Both the position numbers and the translations under genes were made by a program. A DNA stretch of 64,000 nucleotides, taken from positions 288,001-352,000 of the forward strand of contig CAVZVA010000011.1 in the NCBI GenBank assembly GCA_963778655.1. Reading direction: 5' to 3'. A model generated the notes under the pieces. That model searched no databases. It worked only from the letters and a program-made list of their open reading frames with translations, and had not been told where the DNA came from. This document shows, piece by piece, positions 9,239 through 19,955 of the stretch (the stretch's first letter is position 1; each line of letters opens with the position of its first letter). This DNA is from an uncultured delta proteobacterium. Its GTDB lineage: Bacteria; Myxococcota_A; Polyangia; Polyangiales; JAFGIB01.

Positions 9239-9877
9239 TCAGTCCACGATGCGGTAGCGCAGCTGGCTGCGCTTGCCGCCGCGCTCGACGTCGAGCACGA
9301 GGTCGCTCGCAGTCGCCATGCTCTGCCACACGTTCTGGAACTGCTCGGGGCGCTCGATCGACTGGCCGTTGACGCGCAGCACGATGTCGCCCGGCTGCAG
9401 CAGCAGCCCGGACCCGTCGTCGAACAGATGGACCAGGCGCCAGCCGGTGAAGCGACCGTTCTGCAGGCGAGCCTCGGCCTGCACGTGTTGCAGGAAGCGC
9501 CCCACGCCCGCGGACAGCACCGCGTTGAGCGAGGCGCGCGCGATGTCGCCGGCCTCGAGCTGCTCCGGAAGCGAGGAAGCGGCGGCCGCGGGCGCCTGCG
9601 GGGCAGCGCCGGGCGCAGGCGGCTCGGCGGGTGCGGCTGTCTCCGCTTTGGCTGCAGTCGCAGTCCCCGGCGCGCTCGCGGCCGGGGCGAGCGGCGGGTC
9701 GTCCACCTTGGCCGCGGCGGGCGCGTGCTGCGGCGCCGGCTGGTGCGCCGTGCCGGCCGCGCAACCGCAGGCGCAGGCGCAGGCGATCCACAGCAGCAGC
9801 CACGGGCGCACCATCCTGACCCGATAGTTGCGCGCGGGACCCGCCGGGCGTCCAGTTTTGCGCGCCTGCGCGCTCAT
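9239..9877 (-). CDS. Putative lipoprotein with C-terminal PDZ domain (GspC-like PDZ region)
   Basis: Signal/lipobox-like MVRPWLLLWIACACACGC, Pro/Ala linker, then GWRL...LQPGDIVLRVNGQSI...LDVERGG. ATG 9877 overlaps the tmk stop; alternative start at 9814. Confidence 0.7.
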   Translation of the reverse strand: MSAQARKTGRPAGPARNYRVRMVRPWLLLWIACACACGCAAGTAHQPAPQHAPAAAKVDDPPLAPAASAPGTATAAKAETAAPAEPPAPGAAPQAPAAAASSLPEQLEAGDIARASLNAVLSAGVGRFLQHVQAEARLQNGRFTGWRLVHLFDDGSGLLLQPGDIVLRVNGQSIERPEQFQNVWQSMATASDLVLDVERGGKRSQLRYRIVD

Positions 9878-10518
9878 CGGCCCTCGCGCAACGCGTCGAC
9901 CTCGAGCAGCAGCCGCGCGCACACCTCGTCGATGCTCGCGCTGGCGTCCACGTGCACGATGCGCTCGCCGGGGAAGTGTTGTTGCAGGCCGAGATACAGC
10001 TCGCCGAGCGCCGCTTGCAGCTCGTCGTCGTCGAAGATCTCGCTGGCTCCGGGCCGGCGCCGCCGCCGCTCGGCCGCGAGCGCGGGCGGCACATCGAGCA
10101 CCAGCACGAGATCGGGCTTGCGAGCGTGGCGGTTGACCTCGCGCAGCCACGCGATCGATCCGGGGCCTCCGCCCGCAGCCGACTGGTAGACCACCGACGA
10201 GTGGTAGTAGCGATCGCAGATCACGCTGACGCCGTCGCGCAGGTTGGGCAGCAGCTCGGTGTCGAGATGATCGAGACGATCGGCGGCGAATAGCAGGGCC
10301 AGCGTGCTCCAGGGAGCACCGGCCCCGGCGGCGCCGCCCATCACCAGCCGCCCCGAGAGCACCTGGCGCAACAGCGCGCCGATCGGCCCGGCACTCGGCT
10401 CGGCGCTCAGGTGCGCCGGCACGTGACGCGCGCGCAAACGCTCGCAGAGCAGACGCGCCTGCGTGGTGGTGCCCGCGCCGTCGATGCCCTCGAGCACGAT
10501 CAAGTGCCCTGGTTCCAT
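9874..10518 (-). CDS. tmk: Thymidylate kinase
   Basis: LIVLEGIDGAGTTTQ, AEP, LLFAADR, VICDRYYHSSVVYQ and KPDLVLVLD. Confidence 0.93.
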   Translation of the reverse strand: MEPGHLIVLEGIDGAGTTTQARLLCERLRARHVPAHLSAEPSAGPIGALLRQVLSGRLVMGGAAGAGAPWSTLALLFAADRLDHLDTELLPNLRDGVSVICDRYYHSSVVYQSAAGGGPGSIAWLREVNRHARKPDLVLVLDVPPALAAERRRRRPGASEIFDDDELQAALGELYLGLQQHFPGERIVHVDASASIDEVCARLLLEVDALREGR

Positions 10519-10576
10519 GAGCGCCGAGCGTGCCCCGCCGGCCCCACCCGGCGCAAGGGATCGCGCACGCGCTCGA

Positions 10577-11905
10577 CTATTCGCAGAAGCTCCGCTCGCC
10601 GAGGCGGCACAGCGCTTCCCGCGCCTGCGCGGCCAGCGCGCCGTCGGGCGCACGCTCGAGATAGCGGTGGTAGGCCGCGGCCGCCGCCTGGCGGTCGTGC
10701 GCGTAGCGCTCCAGCAGCCGCGCCAGGGCGAAGCGCGCGTTGTGCCCGGCCGGCTGCGTGGGTGCGATCTCGTCCGCGCGGCGATAGGCCTGCGTCGCAC
10801 GCGGAATCTCGCCCTGCGCGGTGTACGACTCGGCGGTCAGGGTCAGCGCCTCGACGCGATACGGCAGCGGCGTCGGCGGCTCGGTCAGTCCGCGCAGCCG
10901 CGCGCGCGCCGCCACGTGGTGGCCCTGCCGCAACAGTCGCCGCGCCAGCTCGAGCTTGCGCGCCACCGCCCTCGGCGCCGGCGCCGGTGCCGGCTCGAGC
11001 CCGGCTTCGGCCTCGGCCTCGCTGAACGCCATGTCCGGCTTGCGCTCGGCCTTGGCCGCGGCCCGGCTCGAGCCGGGCTTGGGGGCCTCCACCGCGCGCA
11101 TGTCGCGCTCGATCTGATCGCGCACCGCGCGCTCGTACTCGTCGCCGTCATCCGCGCGCACGTAGGTGCTGGCGCCGGCCGCCACCCGGCGCGTCGCAGC
11201 GCCCGAGCGCGGCACCACCTCGACCACCCCCTCGCGCACCGCGACCTGGGTGTTGCCGAGATCGTCGACGTCGACGCGGAAGCGGGTGCCCACCACCTGC
11301 ACGCGAGCGGCCAGCGACTCGATCGCCATGTGCTGCTCGCCCTTGTGCCGCGGGTGGAAGTCGACGTCGATGCGGCCCTTGAGCAGCGACAACGCCAGCT
11401 CCGCCTCCGAGAGCCGGTCGAAGCGCAGGCGCGTGTCGCGCTCCATGCGCACACGCGCCGTGCCCAGGTCGACCTCGATGTGGCCGTGCTTGCCGCTCTC
11501 GAGCACCTGACTCTCGCTAACGGTACCGCTCTGCACCGCGGCGTCGCCGATGCGCAGCTCGAAGCGCCCGGCCGCCAGCGAGCTCGGCGCGCTGGGCCGG
11601 TCGCCGGCAAGCAGGTAGAACGCGATCAGCCCGCCGGCCACGGCCGAGGCCGCCAGCGAAGCAGCCCACCAGCCGCGCGTCACGCGTCCGGTGGCGCGGC
11701 GCAGGCGGGTCGAGGGCAGCGGCACGCGCGCCGACGCGTGCGTGCGCCACGCCTGCACCAGCGTGCGCTCCATGCGCGCGCGCGTCACCTCGTCGAGCGG
11801 TGCGACCTGTCCGCGCAGTTGCTGCGCGACGACGCCGCTGGGCGCGTCCAGCCCGCGCTCGGGCGGCACGCGCAGGGTCTCGTTGGGAGGCGGCAGGCTA
11901 CTCAT
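10577..11905 (-). CDS. FecR-domain, TPR-containing anti-sigma factor
   Basis: Single TM, FecR-like region (LSLLKGRI...VQVVGTRFRV...VAVREGVVEV) and C-terminal TPR-like helices (YHRYLERAPDG). Overlaps the ECF sigma gene. Confidence 0.85.
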   Translation of the reverse strand: MSSLPPPNETLRVPPERGLDAPSGVVAQQLRGQVAPLDEVTRARMERTLVQAWRTHASARVPLPSTRLRRATGRVTRGWWAASLAASAVAGGLIAFYLLAGDRPSAPSSLAAGRFELRIGDAAVQSGTVSESQVLESGKHGHIEVDLGTARVRMERDTRLRFDRLSEAELALSLLKGRIDVDFHPRHKGEQHMAIESLAARVQVVGTRFRVDVDDLGNTQVAVREGVVEVVPRSGAATRRVAAGASTYVRADDGDEYERAVRDQIERDMRAVEAPKPGSSRAAAKAERKPDMAFSEAEAEAGLEPAPAPAPRAVARKLELARRLLRQGHHVAARARLRGLTEPPTPLPYRVEALTLTAESYTAQGEIPRATQAYRRADEIAPTQPAGHNARFALARLLERYAHDRQAAAAAYHRYLERAPDGALAAQAREALCRLGERSFCE

Positions 11906-12479
11906 CGTCGCCTCCGCTCAGCTTGTCGAGGCGCTGGCGCGCGCTCATCAGCCGGCCGTGCAGCGAGGAGATGCCGAGGCCGGTCATGCCCGAGATCTCG
12001 GCGAAGGTGTAGCCCTCGACATCGTGCAGCACGAACACCAGGCGCTGCTCGGGAGACAGCTTCTCGAGCATCGACTCGGCGTCCGAGCGAATCTGGTAGC
12101 CGCGATCGGGCGGCAGGCTCGGGTGCCCCAGGCCTACGCTCTCGGCCAGCCGCGACCAGCGCTGGCGCCGCCAGCGCGCGCGCGCAGCGTCGAGCGCGCG
12201 CCGGGTGGTGATCCCGAACAGCCAGGTGGAGAGGCTGGAGCGGCCATCGAAGCGGGCTGCCCCGTCCAGCGCGGCCAGAAAGGCCTGCTGCACCACGTCC
12301 TCGACGTCGGGATCGTCTGCGCCCAGCACGCGCGCGGCCTGGCGGTGCAGGCGCGTCACGTGGGTGCGAAAAAGCTCGCGCACCGCGGCCTCATCGCCGG
12401 CCGCTGCCCGACCGAGCAGCTCGCGCTCCTGGGTGCTGGCTGCCCTGGCCGGTTGCACCTTGTTCGCCCGCTCCTTCAC
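11898..12479 (-). CDS. ECF-family RNA polymerase sigma factor
   Basis: Region 2 DVEDVVQQAF...FDGRSSLSTWLFGI and region 4 LSPEQRLVFVLHDVEGYTFAEIS. Start is uncertain. Confidence 0.9.
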   Translation of the reverse strand: MKERANKVQPARAASTQERELLGRAAAGDEAAVRELFRTHVTRLHRQAARVLGADDPDVEDVVQQAFLAALDGAARFDGRSSLSTWLFGITTRRALDAARARWRRQRWSRLAESVGLGHPSLPPDRGYQIRSDAESMLEKLSPEQRLVFVLHDVEGYTFAEISGMTGLGISSLHGRLMSARQRLDKLSGGDDE

Positions 12480-12531
12480 AATCCCTTGGTCGCCGCCGGG
12501 GCGCTCGATTTTCCGCCTCAAGAGTCCCGAG

Positions 12532-13638
12532 TCAGGGTCGATAACGCAACGCGCCCTGCAGCCAGGGACTGAAACGGTCACCGCGGTCTCTGAGCTGGTC
12601 TCCGGTCGACACTTTCTGCCGATCCAACGTCCAATCCACGCCGCCCTCGGTCATCAAGTCCAAGCCGGGCACCATCTCGAACGCGAGCTCCAAGCTGCCG
12701 CGCGCGCCGAGGTCGGTGCTGAGGGTGCGGTCGTTCATGCCCATGTCGGCGTCGAAGCGCCCGAGCCGCGTCAGAAAGCCGATACTGGCACCGGGCGTGA
12801 AGCGGCCGAACGAGAACGGCCGCGTGTAGAAGCCCGAGAGGAATGTCGGATAGCGATAGCGCACGTCCAGGTGCTCGGTAGAGCCGGTGTTGGTGGGCAG
12901 CTCGGCCGCCACGAACAGGCAGTGCCGGCGCACGCACAGCCCCAGCCCGGTCCCGACGCCGCCCATCGGCGTGCTGCTCGCGGTGGAGGCGCCGCCATAG
13001 ATGCGCGCGTAGATCAACGGCTGGATGGAGCCGAGAAAGCCGTCGTGATCGGCGCCGGAGCCCGCGCCCTCGCTGTCGACCAACGACGGCAGCGCGGCCG
13101 CGCGCTCGGGTGCCGCGGACGGAGCAGTGGGTTGCGTCTGGGGCTGCGCCTGCGCGGCCAACAGTTGCGGCTGCGGCGCGGGCTCACGCTCGGGCTCTGG
13201 CTGCACGTCGCTGCGCGCCAGCTCGGTGGAGGTGTCGCGCAGCGACTCGGCCGCCAGCGCCAGCGCGCGCGCGTCCGCTTCGCCTTCGAGCGGGCTGACG
13301 GTGACGCTGGCATCGTAGGAGCGCCCGCCGGAGGCGCCCAGCACCAGCACCACCACCCGGTCCTGGCGCGCCATCGCGATGTGGCCCGCGGGCACCGCCT
13401 CCAGCAGCCCCGGCGGCGGCGGGTCGCCGACCTCGACACGCATCCCCGTGCGCAGCTCGAGCACCGCGGCCACCTCTTCGGCAAGCCGGCGCAAGCTCGG
13501 CTGCGGGCGCAGGGTTAGCAGTGGTTCCGGTAGGTTATGCGCCCGGACCTGGGTTTGTCGCAGGGCCTGCTGCGCATGCGCCGGCCGGGCCAGCCCCACC
13601 CCTACAAGCAGCCACAACAGCGCCCATAGTACGCGCAC
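12532..13638 (-). CDS. Secreted hypothetical protein with probable C-terminal outer-membrane beta-barrel
   Basis: Signal peptide (...ARPAHA), Pro/Gln linker and amphipathic beta-strands ending GALRYRP. Upstream of the ECF/FecR pair. Confidence 0.65.
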   Translation of the reverse strand: MRVLWALLWLLVGVGLARPAHAQQALRQTQVRAHNLPEPLLTLRPQPSLRRLAEEVAAVLELRTGMRVEVGDPPPPGLLEAVPAGHIAMARQDRVVVLVLGASGGRSYDASVTVSPLEGEADARALALAAESLRDTSTELARSDVQPEPEREPAPQPQLLAAQAQPQTQPTAPSAAPERAAALPSLVDSEGAGSGADHDGFLGSIQPLIYARIYGGASTASSTPMGGVGTGLGLCVRRHCLFVAAELPTNTGSTEHLDVRYRYPTFLSGFYTRPFSFGRFTPGASIGFLTRLGRFDADMGMNDRTLSTDLGARGSLELAFEMVPGLDLMTEGGVDWTLDRQKVSTGDQLRDRGDRFSPWLQGALRYRP

Positions 13639-13723
13639 CCGCTCACATTACAGCCGGGGAGGTGTACGTAGCAAGCACAGCACGGCGTTTCCCGGCGGGG
13701 GCGCCGGGAGCCGGCAGCGGGCA

Positions 13724-14245
13724 TCACTCCGGAAAGAAAGCGCGGCGGACGGCCTCGGGCGGCACCCCGTGCAGGGCCGCGACCCGCGCGTAGACCCACG
13801 GGTTCAGCCTGCCGCCGGCGGGCGCCAGGATCGCGGCCACCGCGGCCAGGTCGAAGCTCGCGAGTGGCGGCTCGTCCGGCGCGGGCTGGTAGCGCGCGGG
13901 CAGCTCGGCCAGCACCGCCGCCGCATCGGCTGGCGAGCGCCCCGCGAACCAGCGCTTGACCCGCAACACCGCACGCATGCAGCCGTGGTAACCGATCTGC
14001 AGCGGCACCCAATCGGGCACCGGGGCGCCGCGCTCGAGCACCGCGTCGAGCGCGCACAGGCGCTGCGCGAGCTCGGGCATCGGCAGTCGATCGAGCTCGC
14101 GCAGCGCGCCCGGGAAGCGTTGGGCCAGCGCGGCCATGTCCGGCTTGGGATCGGCGCAGCTGCCGGCCGCGTCCTGCTCGCGCAGGCGGCGGATCTCGCG
14201 GTATTTCTCGCGCAACGCGCGCACGTGCTGGTGCGACGGCGACAT
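13724..14245 (-). CDS. Hypothetical protein
   Basis: Protein-like composition and GC3 bias (MSPSHQHVRALREKY...FPGALRELDRLP). Divergent from acs. Confidence 0.7.
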   Translation of the reverse strand: MSPSHQHVRALREKYREIRRLREQDAAGSCADPKPDMAALAQRFPGALRELDRLPMPELAQRLCALDAVLERGAPVPDWVPLQIGYHGCMRAVLRVKRWFAGRSPADAAAVLAELPARYQPAPDEPPLASFDLAAVAAILAPAGGRLNPWVYARVAALHGVPPEAVRRAFFPE

Positions 14246-14337
14246 GCTCCCAGGTATAGCGCAGGCGCGGGCGGCACGTGAGCTCCCCGGGCTCGGCAAG
14301 CTGTGGTATGGCCGAAAAGCGAAGGGAGCGAGCCATC

Positions 14338-16283
<1,946 letters not shown>

Positions 16284-16287
<4 letters not shown>

Positions 16288-18203
16288 GCCGCGCGCCGGG
16301 CAGCACGGCTCGCAGCGGCACGCGCCAAGCGATGGATGCGGACGATCAGGCAGCGGAGCTGGAGGTGCGGGCGTTCCGCGCGGGCTCGCGTCAGATCGTG
16401 CTGGCAGTCGCCGCCAACGTGCTGCTGGCTGCGTTGATGCTGGGCGTGCCGTACTGGCGCGGCCACGTGCAGGGGAAACGCGCGCTCACCGCGTTCTCGC
16501 GTTTCGCGGGCTGCGTGTTCGGCGCCGAGCCCAAGACCGGGTTGGGCCTGAGCCTGCCGCCGGGCGAGCGCGCGCACTTCGCAGGCCAGGTGATGCGCGC
16601 CGCGGGCGGCTGGCCCGGCCGCTGCAAGCCCGCGCTGCAATCGATTGCGCCCGAAGAGGCGATCTTCCTGTGGCCGTCGGTGAAGCAGGCCGGCGCCGAC
16701 GTGCGCGCGGCCGTGCGGCTGGTTGGCCGCGAGCTCGAGCAGCTCGCGCGCCAGCGCGCGCGCAACCCTGAGGGCCGCGTGCCCGAGCGCCCGCTGCTGG
16801 CGGTCGATCGCTTGCGCGCGGCGCTGGCGTTGCTGGCCAAGGCCGCGGACGCCGACGAGGGCATTGACGGCAACGCGATCGCGTTTCGCAAGCCGGCCGC
16901 CGTGGCGGAGCCTGCGCGGCTGCCGATCGTGGCCGGCAGCCACGCCGCGCTGCAGGTCTGGGTCGGCCTGGACGGTCTGTATGCGCTGGCGATGGACGGG
17001 CGCGGCGTGTCGTGGCTGCGGGTGGAGGGCGGCAAGCTCGAGCACCGGCGCTTCAAGCGCACCAGCCTGGTGCGCGCGGCGCTGCGCGCGGGCGCGCAGC
17101 CGCTGATCGTGTGGGCGATGTCGCCCAAGCGCTGCGAGCAGGAGGAGCACCACTGCGTCCACCGGGCGACCGGCGTGGCGCGCTTCGCGCAGGATGCCGA
17201 GGCGCTACCCACGCCGAGCTGGCTCGCGGGGCACCCAGCCGGGCGCGCCGACCGCAGCTTGCGGCTGTCGGTCGCCGGCCAGGTCGATCTGCTGGCGCGC
17301 GCCAACGCCGAAGGCGCGCTCGAGCTGCGCCGCTTCGCGCTCCCAGCGGAGGCGCGGCCGGACGCGCCGCCGAGCGCGCCGCTGCAGCGTTTCCCGCTGC
17401 CGGACGCGCAGGCGCCGCGCGACGCGCTGCTGCTGCCGGGCGTGCCCGGCGCCGTGGCATATATCGTGGACGGCGAGCAGGGCGTGCAGGCGTTCGTCTG
17501 GGATTACGAGCGCGGCCAGGCGCCAGTCGCGCTCGGCACACTCGCCGGCGAGGGCGGCTGGCTGGTCGCGTGCCAGGGCGAGGACGGGCGCTACCTCGCC
17601 TACGGCAGCGCGCGCGAGCTCGGGGTGGCGCGGCTGCCGGCCGAGGGCGCGCCGAGGGTGGTGCAGCCACCGCTGCCGATCGCGCTCGGCGATCCACTCG
17701 ACGCCGAGGATGAGGGACACGACCGGGTGCGGCTGCTGTGCGCCGGCGCGCGCGCCACGCTGGTCGGCGCCAGCGCGCGGCGCGCGCTGCTTTCGCTGAG
17801 CTGCGGCCAGAGCGGTTGCGAGCGCGGTCCGGAGCTCGCACGCGGCGTCGCCAGCTTCGACGCAGCCGCGCTCGCGGACGGCACGCTGCTGGCGTATTCG
17901 CGCACGCGCGAGCCGCAGCTCAGCGTGCTGTCGCTCGACGCGCATGGCGCGCCACGCGGGCCCGCGCGCGTGCCCGGCGCATGCTGGGATCCCAAGAGCG
18001 GGATGTGCGATCAGCCGACGCTGGTCGCCGACGCGGGCCGGTTACTGCTTTGCGCGCGCGACGGCTCCGACCTGCTGGCGCTCGAATCGGACGACGCGGG
18101 CCAGCACTGGAAAACCATGGCGGGGCTCAAGGTCTCGACCGCGATCGACAGCGACGAGAGCGCGCCGCTGCGCCAGCACCGCGTGCGCAAGGGGCTCGAC
18201 TGA
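16284..18203 (+). CDS. Membrane-anchored hypothetical protein, beta-rich
   Basis: GTGA overlap with acs, N-terminal TM, paired Cys, and a BNR/Asp-box-like SDDAGQHW near the C-terminus. Confidence 0.7.
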
Positions 18204-18406
18204 AGGCGAGCCCGCAAGCGCACGCGTGCGTGCAACAGCGGGTCAGTGGGTGCGGGCACGCGAGCGACCACACCGCCGCCGCCGCCCAGCCGAGGATCGG
18301 AGAGGCGAGATCGCCCAGGCTCGAAGCGGCACCACAATGAATGCTGGGAATGGGCCGTGCTCGCGTTCTGGACCGCGCCGGTGTCCTGCTGAAATCTGAG
18401 CGCGAC

Positions 18407-18572
18407 CTAGTCCCCTGGAACCGTGATAGCTGTGCAATATCGGCGCGGAATCGGCGTTGCTCGCAAGGCGCGCGACGCAGGAAGGGTAGGCCCCCTTTCA
18501 AGGAGCGCAACGCCGCGAGCGGCGTCGAGGGCGTGTCGGCATTGGGTAGAAATCACGGTTCCGGGGGACTAG
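18407..18572. repeat. 166-bp palindromic MITE-like element bounded by CTAG
   Basis: ctagtcccctggaaccgtgat (18407-18427) is the reverse complement of atcacggttccgggggactag (18552-18572) at 20/21 positions. Nested stems include cggcgttgc/gcaacgccg. Confidence 0.85.
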
Positions 18573-18582
18573 CCGCCGGCAC

Positions 18583-19827
18583 TCAGGCGCGCGAGCCGCG
18601 TCGGCGCAGGGCCTCTCGCACCACCGCGCGGTCCGAGAACGGGATCGGCCCGCTCGCGAGCTGTTGCTGGGTTTCATGGCCCCGCCCGGCGATCACCAGC
18701 GCGTCGGCCGGCTGAGCCCAGCCCACTGCGGCGCCGATGGCGGCGGCGCGCTCCGGCTGCTCGTGCCAGACCGCACGCCCGGCGGCCCCCGCACGCACCA
18801 TGGACGCGATCTGCTCGGGTTGCTCGCCCCGCGGATTGTCGGTCGTGAGCCAGACCACGTCAGCCAGGCGATCGGCCAGCGCGCCCATGCGCGGGCGTTT
18901 TTCTGCGTCGCGCTCACCACCGCAGCCGAACACGCAACCCAGACGACCCCCGCGGCGTTGGGCCAGGCAACGCGCGCTCTCCAACACCCGTTGCAGCGCG
19001 TCGGGCGTGTGGGCGAAGTCGACCAACACCAACGGCTCGGTGCAGCACACCTCGAAGCGTCCGGGCACGCCCGCGAAGTCGAGCAGGCCGCGCTTTATGG
19101 CCGCGGCGCCGTACCCGGCGAGCGCCGTCGCCAGCGCCGCGGCCAGCGCGTTGTCGGCCTGGAACTCCCCGAGCACCCGCAGCTGCAACGCGCCCTGCAG
19201 CGCGGCGGCGAGGGGCGACGGGGCCAGAGCGATCCGTATCCCGCGCTGGTCGTGCTCGAGCTGCGCGGCCGCGAGCGCAACCGGCACGTTTGGCGCGGCC
19301 GCAGCGGCATCCGGCCGAGCCAGAAAGCCGGCGCAACGCGCATGCTGCGGCAGCACCTCGGCGAGCAGGGCCGAGGCGGGATCGGCCGCGTTCAACACGG
19401 CGGCTCCGGCCTCGCGCAGCCTCACGAACAGCTGCGCTTTGGCCGCGAGATAGCGTTCGGGCGTGTGGTGGCGGTCGAGATGATCGTGCGTGAGGTTGGT
19501 GAACACAGCGATCTGGGCGGGCCAGCCCTCCGCGAAGCCGCCCTCGAGCGCCCGCGAAGTGACCTCGAGCGCGAGCGTGCGCGCCCCGACCTCGCGGGCG
19601 CGCCGCAGCGTCCGCACGAACGATGCCATGCTGGAATCGTCCGCGAGCTGCTCCTGACCGACCCACATGCCCAGGGTCGTGACCCGCACCGCCGGCTCAC
19701 CCGCGGCGCCGACGATGCTGGCGATCATGCTCGTCGTGCTGGTCTTGCCGTTCGTGCCCGTGACCGCCAGGGTGGTCAGCCCCTCGGCCAGCTGATCGAG
19801 CTCGGACTGCGACACGATCCCGGTCAT
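18583..19827 (-). CDS. MurE-like Mur ligase lacking the N-terminal domain
   Basis: AVTGTNGKTST, LEVTS, FTNLTHDHLDRH, GVPGRFE, VDFAHTPDAL, VFGCGGERD..KRP.MG, DNPR and AGRGHE. Confidence 0.88.
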   Translation of the reverse strand: MTGIVSQSELDQLAEGLTTLAVTGTNGKTSTTSMIASIVGAAGEPAVRVTTLGMWVGQEQLADDSSMASFVRTLRRAREVGARTLALEVTSRALEGGFAEGWPAQIAVFTNLTHDHLDRHHTPERYLAAKAQLFVRLREAGAAVLNAADPASALLAEVLPQHARCAGFLARPDAAAAAPNVPVALAAAQLEHDQRGIRIALAPSPLAAALQGALQLRVLGEFQADNALAAALATALAGYGAAAIKRGLLDFAGVPGRFEVCCTEPLVLVDFAHTPDALQRVLESARCLAQRRGGRLGCVFGCGGERDAEKRPRMGALADRLADVVWLTTDNPRGEQPEQIASMVRAGAAGRAVWHEQPERAAAIGAAVGWAQPADALVIAGRGHETQQQLASGPIPFSDRAVVREALRRRGSRA

Positions 19828-19955
19828 GCCGATGCGCCTCGGGGGGTCTGACCGCCGGTTTCGGCGGCGAACGCCCGAGCAGCACTGGACCCGGGAACAC
19901 CGCCGGAAGAGGGCGAAACCCGAGTCCGAGCATATGTCATGGCCGAGGTCTTGTC

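Noticed and set aside
18340..18580. Possible 6S RNA, tmRNA or SRP RNA
   Set aside because: No tRNA-like ends, SRP loop or 6S central bubble was recognisable. CTAG-bounded terminal repeats fit a MITE-like element better.
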